Assembly: GCA_963708025.1 (NCBI GenBank)
Contig: CAVPSB010000013.1
Location: 512,001-576,000 of the forward strand
From: an uncultured Candidatus Rokubacteria bacterium
GTDB taxonomy: Bacteria; Methylomirabilota; Methylomirabilia; Rokubacteriales; DASRDR01
DNA length: 64,000 nucleotides
Direction of reading: 5' to 3'
Part shown: positions 48,121 through 58,525 of the stretch, piece after piece
How the letters are laid out: the number at the start of each line of letters is the position of its first letter
Numbering within the stretch: the stretch's first letter is position 1
Position numbers and translations under genes: made by a program
Notes under the pieces: model-generated
Told to the model about the DNA's origin: nothing
Database searches by the model: none
What the model saw: only the letters and a program-made list of their open reading frames with translations

Positions 48121-49351
48121 GTGAGCGCCCGTCAGACCGGGGGCGAGACCAGAGTCGCAGTACCGCAGGCCGCCACGTTCGGCTTCGTGGCGCTGCTGTT
48201 CTGCCTGACCTCGCTGAACCAGTTCGCGATCAGCATCGTTCTCCCGGCGATGCCCGCCATGGCGGCGGCGCTCGGCGCGAGCGGCGATGCCGCCAAGGCG
48301 ACGCTGTCCGTCTACTTGATCGCCTACGCGGCCTCGATGCTCGTCCACGGTCCGCTCTCCGACCGCTTCGGACGGAGGCCGGTTCTTCTCGCCGGGACGA
48401 CGTTGTACTCCCTGGCGAGCTTCGGCTGCGCGCTCGCGCCGAGTATCGAGGTCATGCTCGCGTGGCGCATCGTGCAGGCCTTCGGCGCCGCGGCGGGCGT
48501 CGTGCTGGCGCGCGCGATCGTCCGCGACGCCATGGAGGGCGAAGCCCAGACCCGCACGAATGCCTATCTGAGCACGAGCCAGGGCATCTCGCCGGCGCTG
48601 GCCCCTTTCCTCGGCGGGCTGCTCGTGGAGTGGGGAGGTTGGACCTGGACGTTCCATCTCGTCGGCCTGGGCGGCGTCGGGCTGCTCATCGCTGCCTATC
48701 TCGGACTGGAAGAGACGAACCGCCACAAGCTTCAGCGCATCGACACGCGCTCGCTGGCCGCCAGCTACGCGGCGGTTCTTGGCAACCGCCTGTTCCTCGG
48801 GATCACCGCGGCGGGGGGCGCTCGGCGTGGCGCCCTACTATGCCTACTTCGCGGCCTCGCCGGAGCTGGTCATCGCGCGGCTCGGCCATTCCCCATCCAC
48901 CTATGGCGGCCACATGCTCGCCGTGGTTGGCGCCTTCATGGTCGGCAGCATGATCTGCGCCCGCCTCGCCGGCCGATGGAGCGAGCGGACTCTGCTCGTC
49001 GTCGGGGCCGCGGTCAGCGCCTTGGGGATCTGTTTCTTCTCGACGGTGGTCCCGTCAGGCGCACCGGCATTCACAGCGATCGTTACGGCCATGCTCGTCT
49101 ACACCTTCGGCCAGGGTTTCCTGTTTCCGACGGCCATCACCTGCGCGATCAGGCCGTTTCCGGAGAAGGCCGGCACGGCGTCGTCCGCCTATGGGGGCCT
49201 CGCCATGGCGACCGCTGCCCTGGGCTCGTTCGCGCCGGCGCTGGTCAGCCCGGATGTCATGGTCGGGCTCCCGGTGGTGATGGCGATCGGCATGGCGCTC
49301 TCGGTCGCCAGCCTCGCCCTCGTCGTTCTCCCCGCGATCCGCGCCGCGTAG
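48121..49351 (+). CDS. Bcr/CflA-type MFS efflux transporter; frameshift near 48815
   Basis: LPAMPAM, GPLSDRFGRRPVLL, WRIVQAFG, SPALAPFLGG, AGTASS. Confidence 0.9.
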
Positions 49352-49657
49352 CCGAAGCCGCCAGACTCGCATCTGCGAGTCGTCGATTACCGCGATTGCG
49401 CCCTTGGGTCTGTGCCATGAGCAGTGACAGAAGAGTCTCACGTAGACCCGCAAGTAACCGCTCCGGCTTCCGGCCCGTCAGCTCGTCCAGGACGCTAGGG
49501 ATGTGGAGGCCAACGACAACAATTCTCGCTGATGCGCCCGGAGGGGGCGCCGGCGCCCGGATCGCCTGGACCGACCCCGGAGGTCAGCGTCCTCCGAACC
49601 GGTGGTGGGTGACAACCAGCTGCCACCCCGGCACGGACGGGCGGGCCGGCTGCGGCC

Positions 49658-50161
49658 CTACGGCGCCGGGTGGCGCGGGCCGGTCCCGAGCCGGGCGGCG
49701 CGGTTCGCCAGCGCCCGGGCCAGGGCGTAGGGCGTCGTGATCAGCACCGGACCGACGACCAGCGCGGCCCCCGGGTACGAGGCGCCGAGGAGGACCCACT
49801 GGAAGATGGAGTCGAGCAGGATGCCCATGAGCAGCAGGTTCACCACGGACCGGAACCCGCTGCGCGCGAGCTGGCGCCGGTGCTCGCCGCGGGCGAGGAG
49901 GCCGAGCAGGTAGGGGGGCAGGCCGGCGCGCGCGTCCTTCCGCCCGTCGCGGATGCCCAGCAGGGTCGCCACCGCCGGCTGCATCACGAACCGGAACCGC
50001 CCCGGCCCGGTGAGGCGCTTGGGGATGTCCGCGAGGAAGGCCCACGAGAAGAGGTAGAGTCCGCCGCGCTCGTACGCCTCGCGCAGCGCGGACGGCACCG
50101 AGAGAATCAGCACCAGCGCGGTCAGGCCAGCGAGCACGAGCGTCACGCGCGAGCCCTTCAC
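49658..50161 (-). CDS. Hypothetical membrane protein
   Basis: Hydrophobic ORF, RLTGPGRFRFVMQP..LGIRDG..DAR; GTG with GGAGGG upstream. Confidence 0.6.
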   Translation of the reverse strand: MKGSRVTLVLAGLTALVLILSVPSALREAYERGGLYLFSWAFLADIPKRLTGPGRFRFVMQPAVATLLGIRDGRKDARAGLPPYLLGLLARGEHRRQLARSGFRSVVNLLLMGILLDSIFQWVLLGASYPGAALVVGPVLITTPYALARALANRAARLGTGPRHPAP

Positions 50162-50327
50162 GGTCCCTTCCCTCCGGGGTGCCTGTCGCCCGAAGGATAG
50201 CACCCCCTGCGGCCGGCCGGGCCGCGCGATCCGTCCGACCCCTGGCGCCGTGCTTCCGGCTGGGGTATCGTCGGCGTGGCCCGGATGCGGAGCTCTCCGG
50301 GCGGGCCCCCTTCAGGTGGAGATCTCG

Positions 50328-51383
50328 ATGCCGCGAGCCGTGCGGGGACACCACCCACGCGCCCCACGTCTGCCCCGCACTCGGGGCGGAGCGCCGGCCA
50401 CGCGTCGGCAGGCCGTGCTGCTCTTCGCCCTCGCTTTCGGCGTCATCGCCTGGCCGGCGGCCGAGGCCCAGGCGCCGGGCAAGGTCTGGCGGGTCGCCGT
50501 GCTCACGGGGGCCGTGGCGCGCTCGGACCCCCCGCCCCGCGCCCTGGAGGAGCGCCTGGCCGAGCTGGGCTACGTCGAGGGACGGAACCTGGTGATCGAC
50601 TTCCGCTCCGCCGCGGGGGCGCCGGTCAACCGCCTGCCCGCCCTGGCCACGGAGCTGGTCGGCCGGCGGCCGGACGTCCTGGTGGCGGCCTCCACCCAGG
50701 GCGGGCTGGCCGCGAAGAGCGCGACCCGGACCGTCCCGATCGTCCTCGCCGGCGTCGGCGACCCCGTCGGGAGCGGCATCGTTCCCAGCCTGGCGCGCCC
50801 GGGCGGGAACATCACCGGCGTTTCGTTGCTCAACGTCGAGCTGAGCGGGAAGGGACTGCAGCTCTTGAAAGAGGCGGTGCCGGCCGCCTCGCGGGTCGCC
50901 GTGCTCTGGAACTCGGGGAACCGGCTCCACCCGAGGGTCCTCGCGGCCACCCAGGCGGCCGCCGCCACGCTGAAGGTCGCCCTCCAGCTCGTCGACGTGC
51001 CGGGGCCGGCGGATCTGCCGAGGGCGTTCGAGGCGATCACCCGGCAGCGGGCCGACGGCCTCCTGGTGCTCTCCGATACCGTCAGCCTCGCCCACCGGAA
51101 GCCGATCCTCGACTTCGCCGCCAATAGCCGGCTGCCCGCCATGTACCCGTTCCGGGAGATGGCGGACGACGGCGGGCTCCTCAGCTACGGCCCGAGCCTG
51201 ACCGACAACTTCCGGGCGGCCGCCGACTACGTTGACAAGATCCTGAAGGGCGCGCGGCCCGGCGACCTCCCCATCGCCCAGCCGACGAGGTTCGACCTCG
51301 TGGTCAACCGGAAGACCGCCAAGGCCCTCGGCCTCACGATCCCCCAGGCGATCCTGGTCCGCGCGGACGACGTCATCCAGTGA
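50328..51383 (+). CDS. Solitary ABC_sub_bind-type substrate-binding protein
   Basis: LGYVEGRNL, SLARPGGNITG, YVDKILKGARPGDLPI.QPT.F.LVVN.KTAKALG. Confidence 0.92.
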   Translation: MPRAVRGHHPRAPRLPRTRGGAPATRRQAVLLFALAFGVIAWPAAEAQAPGKVWRVAVLTGAVARSDPPPRALEERLAELGYVEGRNLVIDFRSAAGAPVNRLPALATELVGRRPDVLVAASTQGGLAAKSATRTVPIVLAGVGDPVGSGIVPSLARPGGNITGVSLLNVELSGKGLQLLKEAVPAASRVAVLWNSGNRLHPRVLAATQAAAATLKVALQLVDVPGPADLPRAFEAITRQRADGLLVLSDTVSLAHRKPILDFAANSRLPAMYPFREMADDGGLLSYGPSLTDNFRAAADYVDKILKGARPGDLPIAQPTRFDLVVNRKTAKALGLTIPQAILVRADDVIQ

Positions 51384-51413
51384 GCCGCCCGCCGACCGGA
51401 TCCGGCGCGTCCG

Positions 51414-52581
51414 ATGCTTGACGTTCCCCGCCTGCGGGCGGACACGCCCGGCGTCGCCCACGTCCTCCACTTCAACAACGCGGGGGCGGCCCTGCCGCCG
51501 CGGCCCGTCGTCGAGGCGGTGACGGGCCATCTCCAGCGCGAGGCCACCATCGGGGGCTACGAGGCGGCCGCCGAGGCGGCGGACCGGATGGCCGACGTCT
51601 ACGACGCGGTCGCCGCCCTCATCGGCGCGGCCCGGGAGGAGATCGCGTTCGTGGAGAACGCCACCCGGGCCTGGGACATGGCGTTCTACGCCATCCCCTT
51701 CCGCCCCGGCGACCGGGTCGTCACCGCGCGGGCGGAGTACGCCTCGAACTACCTCGCCTTCCTCCAGCTGAAGCGGCGCGTGGGCATCGAGATCGACGTG
51801 GTGGACGACGACGCCGCGGGCCAGGTGGACGTGGCCGCCCTCGAGCGGGCGATCCGGCCGCGAACGCGGCTCATCGCCATCACGCACGTGCCCACCCAGG
51901 GCGGGCTCGTCAATCCGGCCGCCGAGGTGGGTCGGGTCGCCGCCCGGCACGGCATCCTCTATCTCCTCGACGCCTGCCAGTCGGTCGGCCAGCTCGCCAT
52001 CGACGTCGGCCGGATCGGCTGCCACATGCTCTCGGCCACCGGACGCAAGTACCTGCGCGGCCCGCGGGGCACGGGCTTCCTCTACGTGCGGCACGACACG
52101 ATCGGGGCCCTCGAGCCGCCCTTCATCGACCTGGAGGCCGCCTCCTGGATCGACGCCGACACCTACGCGCTCCGCGCGGATGCCCGCCGCTTCGAGAACT
52201 GGGAGCGGTCCGTGGCCGGCCAGATCGGGCTGGGGGTCGCCGTCCGCTACGCGATGGGCGTGGGCATCGAGGCCATCGAGGCGCGGGTCAAGGCGCTGGC
52301 GGCGAGGCTGCGGAGCGAGCTGGCGAAGCGGCCGGGCGTGACCGTCCACGACCTCGGGGTCGGAGAAGTGCGGGATCGTCACCTTCCTGAAGGAGGGCGA
52401 GGCGCCGGAGGCGACCCGCCAGCGGCTCCGGGCCATGAACATCAACGTCACCCACACCCAGGCCCGCTCCTCGCGCCTCGACCTGCCCGCGCGCGGCCTC
52501 GACGCCCTCGTCCGGGCCAGCGTCCACTACTACAACGACGAGGCCGAGGTCGAGCGCTTCCTGCGCTCGGTGGCGGGATAG
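51414..52581 (+). CDS. Class V PLP aminotransferase (cysteine desulfurase-like); frameshift near 52362
   Basis: [33 protein letters not shown]. Confidence 0.9.
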
Positions 52582-52724
52582 GGTGGGCCACAGCGTCGCG
52601 CTCCGTCGCAGGGGCCGCAGAGGTTCCTGTCACCCGGCGCCATCACCCCGATCGGTTGTACGCTAGCCCTGAGCGGCGAATACTGCACCCTGATCGCGGC
52701 TTCCGACGCTGCTCCTGCTCCGCT

Positions 52725-52827
52725 CCCTCTCCCTTCCAGGGAGAGGGTTGCGGTGACGGTCGATTGGAGGGCATGGCTTCCCCCTCACCCTAACCCTCTC
52801 CCCCAGAGGGGGAGAGGGAAAGGAAGG
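52725..52827. repeat. Inverted pair of REP-like palindromes (CCCTCACC..CCCTCTCCC..GGGAGAGGG type)
   Basis: 52725-52759 is the reverse-complement homologue of 52781-52818. Confidence 0.7.
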
Positions 52828-52983
52828 TACAGCTCGAGCCGGATAATCGCCGATTGGGGCTAGTTGTACGCGAGGTGAAGCAGCGAAAGGGCTGCATCGA
52901 CACGCTCCCTGCGAGTGCCGGCGGAGAATGGAGCGCAACGAGGATTCCTCGAGCCGCCCGCGAGGGGCGGAAGGACAAAGACA

Positions 52984-53862
52984 ATGTCGAAGAAACGCAC
53001 GGCCAAGGTCGCATCGGCCGCTCGCCTGCCCAGGGGGTTCGTGGAAAAGAGCGCCAGGGTGAACGGGGTGAGGATCGCCTACAAGATCGGCGGCCACGGC
53101 CCGGCCGTCGTCCTGCTCCACGGCTACGCCCAGACGAGCCACATGTGGAGGCCGCTGATGCCGCTGCTGGCGCCGTCCCACACCGTGATCGCGCCCGACC
53201 TGCGCGGCGCCGGTGGCTCGGAGCGCACGCCGGCCGGGTACGACAAGAAGACCCTGGCGCAAGACGTCCGGGCGCTCGTGCGTCATCTCGGCCACGAGCA
53301 GGTGAAGGTCGTCGGGCACGACATCGGCCTGATGGTGGCATACGCCTACGCGGCCCAGTACCCGAGCGAGGTCGGCAAGGTCGTCCTGATGGACGCGTTC
53401 CTGCCCGGTGTCGGCGACTGGACGAACGTCTGGCTGCTGCGCGACCTCTGGCACTTCCACTTCCATGGCGACACGGCTCTCGCGCTGGTCAAGGGGAGGG
53501 AGCGCGTCTACTTCGAGCACTTCTGGAACGACTTCGCCGCCGACAGGACCAAGTCGGTGCCCGAGGCGGATCGGCGCATCTACGCTGCGGCCTACGCGCG
53601 AGCAGGCGGCATGCGAGCCGGCTTCCAGTACTTCAAGAGCTTCGAGCAGGACGCGAAGGACTTCGCGGCATTCGCGACCACCAGGCTGGACATGCCGTTC
53701 CTCGTCCTCACGGGCGAGAAGGCCTCCGGCACGTTCCTCATCGACCAGGCGAGACTGGTCGCGACCAATGTGTCCGGGACCGTGGTGAAGAGCTCCGGTC
53801 ACTGGCTGATGGAGGAGGCCACCGGCCAGGTCGTCCCGGCCATCGTCGCGTTCCTCGGATGA
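52984..53862 (+). CDS. Alpha/beta hydrolase (epoxide hydrolase/dehalogenase-like)
   Basis: LLHGY, PDLRGAG, GHDIG, SGHWLMEE. Confidence 0.92.
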   Translation: MSKKRTAKVASAARLPRGFVEKSARVNGVRIAYKIGGHGPAVVLLHGYAQTSHMWRPLMPLLAPSHTVIAPDLRGAGGSERTPAGYDKKTLAQDVRALVRHLGHEQVKVVGHDIGLMVAYAYAAQYPSEVGKVVLMDAFLPGVGDWTNVWLLRDLWHFHFHGDTALALVKGRERVYFEHFWNDFAADRTKSVPEADRRIYAAAYARAGGMRAGFQYFKSFEQDAKDFAAFATTRLDMPFLVLTGEKASGTFLIDQARLVATNVSGTVVKSSGHWLMEEATGQVVPAIVAFLG

Positions 53863-53914
53863 CCCCGGTGACCCCCGCAAGTCTGGCCATCGAGCCGGCA
53901 TGGAGGGTACGGGA

Positions 53915-54247
53915 GTGAGCGAACATTATCACGACCCGACGGACCTTCGTCTCATCAAGGACATGCGCACGCTGGCGCCGGCCGACTTCGACGCGTGGCT
54001 CGGCCTCAACAGCATCGTCGCGCGGACGGACGGGACGATCCCCAGGAAGTACCGGGAGCTGATCGCGCTGGCCGTCGCGTGCACGACCCAGTGTCCCTAC
54101 TGTATCGAGGCCCACGCCAAGCACGCCAAGGCTGCCGGAGCGACCCGCGCGGAGGTCGTCGAGTCCGCGCTCCTCGCGGCGGCGTTGCGAGCCGGAGGCG
54201 CCGCAGGCCACGGAGCGATGGCGCTCAAGTTCTTCGACCAGGAGTGA
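53915..54247 (+). CDS. Carboxymuconolactone decarboxylase/AhpD family protein
   Basis: KYRELIALAVA..QCPYCIEAH..GAT..E. Confidence 0.9.
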   Translation: MSEHYHDPTDLRLIKDMRTLAPADFDAWLGLNSIVARTDGTIPRKYRELIALAVACTTQCPYCIEAHAKHAKAAGATRAEVVESALLAAALRAGGAAGHGAMALKFFDQE

Positions 54248-54252
54248 CCGCC

Positions 54253-55020
54253 ATGCAGCTCGAGAAGGCCGTGGACATCCTGTGGGACGCCCTGCAGCGG
54301 GGCGTCCACTACCCCGAGGCACTCAGAGGCCAGCTCACGCTGACCGATGGCTACCGGGTCCAGCTCGGCGTCCTGGCGCGGGCGGTGGCGGCGCGGGACC
54401 GGCAGGCGGGCTGGAAGATCGGCCTGTCGGCTGACGCCATCCGCCGCCGCTTCGGTGTCGACACGCCGGTGTTCGGCTACCTGCTCGAGAGCCGGGGTTT
54501 TCGGAATGGCGTGAGCTTCCGGGCCGGAGACATCGTCAACCCGGCCATCGAGTGCGAGCTGTGCTTCACCCTCGGCGAGACCCTGCGCGGGCCCGGCGTC
54601 ACCCGGGAGCAGGTGCTCGACGCCGTCGCCGCCGTGGCGCCGGCCTTCGAGATCGTCTCGCTGAGGGGCGACATGGCTGCCGATCTCCCGCTGGGGATCG
54701 CCGACAACGTGAGCCAGTGGGCCTTCGTCACCGGCCCGACCGTCCAGCCCTACCCGCGTGACCTGGTGCTCGGGCAGGTGACCGTCGAGATCCTGACCGA
54801 CGGCAGGACGGTGTCGCGCCTGCTCGGGGCCGAGGTCATCGACGATCAGCTCCAGTCGCTCGCCTGGCTCGCCAACCAGCTGGCGCACCACGATCGGGCC
54901 CTGGAGGCCGGCCAGCAGGTGATCACCGGGTCGTTCAACCCGCCGGCGCCGATCCACCCGGGCGAGCGGTGGGAGGCTCGCTTCTCCTCGCTGGGGGCGG
55001 TGACGGCGGCCTTCTCCTGA
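54253..55020 (+). CDS. 2-keto-4-pentenoate hydratase-like FAH family protein
   Basis: GWKIG, PVFG.L, IECE, PAFEIV, ADN, WLAN.L, TGS. Confidence 0.88.
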   Translation: MQLEKAVDILWDALQRGVHYPEALRGQLTLTDGYRVQLGVLARAVAARDRQAGWKIGLSADAIRRRFGVDTPVFGYLLESRGFRNGVSFRAGDIVNPAIECELCFTLGETLRGPGVTREQVLDAVAAVAPAFEIVSLRGDMAADLPLGIADNVSQWAFVTGPTVQPYPRDLVLGQVTVEILTDGRTVSRLLGAEVIDDQLQSLAWLANQLAHHDRALEAGQQVITGSFNPPAPIHPGERWEARFSSLGAVTAAFS

Positions 55021-55031
55021 CGGCCCGGCGC

Positions 55032-55553
55032 CTACTTCACGAAGTGGTCCCGGGCGAGCGGCGGCCGCACATCGCCGCCGGAGAAGAGCAGCGTCACGAT
55101 GATCTCGACCGACGCGTTGCCGCCCAGCCCCTGGCAGCCGATGGCCGCGCGCGTGGGCTTGCCGCGCTCGCCGTAGAGCTCGACGAGGAGGTCGGCGGCG
55201 CCGTTGATCACGCGGGGCTGGTCGCCGAAGCCGGGCGCCGAGTTCACGAAGCCCAGCAGGTGGACGATCTGCTGCACCCGGTCGAGGTCGCCGAGCGCGT
55301 ACTTGACGGCCGCCAGCGTCGTGATCACGGCGTAGCGCGCCGCCTCGTAGCCCTGCTCGATCGTGAGATCCTTGCCGACCACGCCGGGCAGGTACCCCTG
55401 CCCACCCTTTCGCGGCGTGGTGCCGGACAGGTAGAGCAGGTTCTGCACCGGAAAGTGGGAGATGTAGTGGGCGCCGGACGCGTTCGTGCGATAGAGGTCC
55501 TCCAGGTCCGGCACGTCCAGTCCCAGGTTCGCCAGCTTCGCCTCGATCTTCAT
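55032..55553 (-). CDS. RidA/YjgF family protein
   Basis: LLYLSG, G.VG, GFVNS..F.DQP.VINGA.DL, RAAIG, SVEI. Confidence 0.9.
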   Translation of the reverse strand: MKIEAKLANLGLDVPDLEDLYRTNASGAHYISHFPVQNLLYLSGTTPRKGGQGYLPGVVGKDLTIEQGYEAARYAVITTLAAVKYALGDLDRVQQIVHLLGFVNSAPGFGDQPRVINGAADLLVELYGERGKPTRAAIGCQGLGGNASVEIIVTLLFSGGDVRPPLARDHFVK

Positions 55554-55564
55554 GTGAGCCTCCT

Positions 55565-55678
55565 CTGAGAGCGTGTGAAGGAATGGGGTGCTCCGGCTCC
55601 CCCCTCCCCCCCGGTGGGTGGGGGAGGGGGGTTGGGGGGGTGGGCGGGAGGACCCGAACTGAGGGGCTACGCACTCTC
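55565..55678. repeat. C/G-tract palindromic intergenic element (copy B) with inverted ends
   Basis: GAGAGCGTGT...ACGCACTCTC ends; core shared with 20743-20825. Confidence 0.8.
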
Positions 55679-55686
55679 GCCCATTG

Positions 55687-56523
55687 CTACCGCCCGAGCT
55701 TCTCGAGGCCGATCGTCCGGGAGGCGACGACGACCACGATGAAGGCCAGGAAGATCTCGCACGCCGACACCGCCGCCACCAGGGGGCTCGAGTCGTACTG
55801 GACGAGGTAGTAGAGCTCGACGGACACGGGGCGGGCCCGGGGCGAGGCCGTGAACAGGGCGACGGTCACGTTGTCGAACGCCTCGATGAACACCACGGCC
55901 GCCGCGCCGAGGATGGCCCCGAGGCTCTGGGCGAGCGTCACCCGGAGAAAGGTCTGGAGCCGCCCCGCCCCCAGCGTGGCCGACGCCTCCTCCAGGGCCG
56001 GATCGAGCCCGGCCAGGCGGGCCATCACGACCCGCACCACGAAGGGCAGGCAGAAGACGGTCAGGCTCAGGACGAGCATCAGGTGGGAGGCGCGGAAGGC
56101 GAAGTAGGCGCCGAAGAAGAGGACCGCCACGCCGATGACGAGGCCCGGCATCATCTGGGGCGCGACCAGGAACGCCCCGACCGCCGTCCGCCCCGGGAAT
56201 CTCCCCCGCACCAGCGCGTAGGCGGCCGGAACCCCGAGGGCCAGGCACGCCAGCGTCACGTCGAGAGCCGCCCGCAGGCTCACGACGGCCGCGTCGAGGA
56301 TCTGGGCGTGCCGCCAAAGCGCCTGGTACCAGCGGAGCGAGAGGCCCCCGGGGGGGAAGCCGATGTATTCCCGGGCGTCGAACGAGATCAGCACGACGAC
56401 GAGCAGCGGCGCCACCAGGACGGCCACCGCCAGCGCGGCCAGCGCGATCAGGGCCGCCGCCCCCGCCACGTCCCCGGGTGACCAGGCCTGGCGCCGTCGC
56501 GCCTCGACCGAGGGACGCCTCAT
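55687..56523 (-). CDS. ABC permease (PotC-like)
   Basis: FPP.GLSLRWY, LEEASATLGA. Confidence 0.92.
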   Translation of the reverse strand: MRRPSVEARRRQAWSPGDVAGAAALIALAALAVAVLVAPLLVVVLISFDAREYIGFPPGGLSLRWYQALWRHAQILDAAVVSLRAALDVTLACLALGVPAAYALVRGRFPGRTAVGAFLVAPQMMPGLVIGVAVLFFGAYFAFRASHLMLVLSLTVFCLPFVVRVVMARLAGLDPALEEASATLGAGRLQTFLRVTLAQSLGAILGAAAVVFIEAFDNVTVALFTASPRARPVSVELYYLVQYDSSPLVAAVSACEIFLAFIVVVVASRTIGLEKLGR

Positions 56524-57431
56524 CGCGTCGGTCGCAGCCAGGCCATGGCCCGGTTGGCCGCCCAGCTGATGAGGAGGACGAAGACGAAACACGAGCCCAG
56601 GAGGAGCGCGGCCAGGACGGCCCCGGTGGCCCAGTCCAGGATCACGATCGTCTGCTCGTAGACCTTGACCGCCACCGTCGAGTAGTTCCCGCCGCCGAGG
56701 AGCTGGGGGATGATGAAGTTGGTGTAGGAGAGCGCGAAGACCAGGGCGGTGCCGGCCGCGATCCCCGGCAGGCTCAGCGGCACCACGACCCGGACGAACG
56801 TCCCGGCCCGGCTGGCGCCGAGATTGAGCGACGCCTCCTCCAGCGAGCGATCGCGCGAGGCGAGCGCCGCCATCAGCGGCAGGATCATGAACGGGAGGTG
56901 CACCTGGGTCAGGCCGATCAGGACCGCCCAGTCGGTGTTGAGGATGCGGACCGGGGTGTCCACGATGCCGAGCGACAGCAGCACGGTGTTGAGGAGGCCG
57001 CGCCGCCCGCCCAGGATCACGAGCCACGCGTAGGTCCGGACCAGCGCGCTGGTGAGCAGCGGCGAGATGACCGCCACCAGGAGGCACTTCCGGCCGAAGC
57101 TCCCGAGCGCGCCGTAGAGGTAGGCGACCGGGTAGCCGAGGACCAGGCAGAGGACGGTGGTGGCGCTGCCGAGCCAGAACGACCGCCAGAAGAGGAGCCC
57201 CGACAGGGGGTCGGTCAGGATCCGCCGGTAGTGGGCCAGGGTGAACGACCCCGGGACGACGCGGCCGCGCTCGATCGTGAGGAATCCGAAGGCGAAGAGG
57301 ACGCAGAGCGGCAGGACGAGCGCGACGACCAGATAGATCACGGCCGGCAGGGCCGGCCAGACGCCTCGGCCGTCGATGATCCGCCGCCGCCAGACCGCCG
57401 GACTCCGGGCCGAGGCCGTGGCCGGCGCCAT
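56520..57431 (-). CDS. ABC permease (PotB-like)
   Basis: LVRTYAW, LEEASLNLGA, DWATGA; ATGA overlap with the next gene. Confidence 0.92.
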   Translation of the reverse strand: MAPATASARSPAVWRRRIIDGRGVWPALPAVIYLVVALVLPLCVLFAFGFLTIERGRVVPGSFTLAHYRRILTDPLSGLLFWRSFWLGSATTVLCLVLGYPVAYLYGALGSFGRKCLLVAVISPLLTSALVRTYAWLVILGGRRGLLNTVLLSLGIVDTPVRILNTDWAVLIGLTQVHLPFMILPLMAALASRDRSLEEASLNLGASRAGTFVRVVVPLSLPGIAAGTALVFALSYTNFIIPQLLGGGNYSTVAVKVYEQTIVILDWATGAVLAALLLGSCFVFVLLISWAANRAMAWLRPTR

Positions 57432-57551
57432 CACCCCTTGGGGCGGCCGGGCCACACCAGGCATGCCGCACGATATCATGGCCGTGGCCCGGCCGGTCGC
57501 ACGCGGCCGGTGGCCGGTGCGGGTAGAATTCGACGTCGTGGACGCCCAGTC

Positions 57552-57889
57552 CATGGACCGCAAGCTCGTCGACCTCCTGAGCGCCGATGTGGAGGGCGAC
57601 AGCCTATCCGAGACGCTCGGCATGCCTACTACGGGCGGGGCGCAACCAGGAAGCCCTGGACACATTCAGGAAGATCGTGCAGCAGAATCCCAACTTCGTG
57701 CCGGCCCACGCCTACCTCGCCGCGGTCAGCGAGCCGGGGCGCGACGGAAAGGCACGCGCGGCGTGGGCGGCGGCGTCCCGGCTCAGTCCCGGCGCCTCGA
57801 TGGCCGTGCTCCGGCAGCGCCTCCCGTACCGGCGGCCGGCCGACCTGGACCGGTTCCTCAGCGCCGCGCGCAAGGCGGGGCTCGAGTGA
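57552..57889 (+). pseudogene. Internally deleted cyclase-TPR gene (N-terminus fused to C-terminus)
   Basis: MDRKLVDLLSADVEGDS, then TPR tail NPNFVPAHAYLAA...RKAGLE*. Confidence 0.7.
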
Positions 57890-57917
57890 AGAGCCGGGCC
57901 TTCTCGTCATGAGTCCA

Positions 57918-57947
57918 TTGATACGGGCATCACGAGTGATGTACCTT
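57918..57947 (+). promoter_or_regulatory. Promoter with palindromic operator for the vapBC-like locus
   Basis: TTGATA...TACCTT flanking CATCAC-GA-GTGATG (57928-57941). Confidence 0.6.
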
Positions 57948-57954
57948 CTGGCTC

Positions 57955-58242
57955 ATGGCACGCCCCCTTCAAGTCTATCTCGACGATCAGGATCTCCAGC
58001 AACTCGACGCCTGGGCGCGCGAGCGCGGGTGGACGAAGTCTCAGGCCGTCCGGGTGGCGATCCGAGCTCTGACCCGTCGGCCGGTCGAGGATCCCCTCCT
58101 CGAGCTGAGCGGCGACCTCGAGGGGCTCCCCGAGGATCTCAGCGTGAACTTCGACCGCTATGTGAACGAGACGTACGTTGCCGAACCCTCCGCCTCCTAC
58201 CGGGCGCGACGCCGGCGATCGCGGCCGCCTGTTCGTCGATAG
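57955..58242 (+). CDS. CopG/RHH antitoxin (VapB-like)
   Basis: LQVYLDD..L..WA..G.TKSQAVR.A; DLS..FDRY. Confidence 0.82.
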   Translation: MARPLQVYLDDQDLQQLDAWARERGWTKSQAVRVAIRALTRRPVEDPLLELSGDLEGLPEDLSVNFDRYVNETYVAEPSASYRARRRRSRPPVRR

Positions 58243-58363
58243 CGGCGCCTGGATCGCCCTGCGGAACCGGCGCGACGAGCACCACGCCGAGGCTGACCAG
58301 TTCTTCCGGGAGACGCTGCGGCGGCGAATACGCCTCGTCACCACCAACCTCATCTTCCACTGA
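58178..58363 (+). pseudogene. Truncated VapC/PIN toxin
   Basis: LFVDSGAWIAL..RDEHH..A...LVTTNLIFH*; C-terminal half missing. Confidence 0.82.
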
Positions 58364-58367
58364 ACAG

Positions 58368-58492
58368 AGGAATGGGGGATGATCAGATGATGCACCGCGT
58401 GTGCCGCCACGATGACACCCAGTCGCGCGACATGCGGCGGACGACGGTGGCCGGCGACGCGCCCACCGTCGCCCAGGTCCCGGTGGCGTAAG
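58368..58492 (+). pseudogene. TauD/TfdA dioxygenase C-terminal stump
   Basis: QMMHRV..HDDTQSRDMRRTTVAGDAPTV*. Confidence 0.65.
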
Positions 58493-58525
58493 GCCGCGGG
58501 GCCCAGTCGGATTGGAGGCACACCC

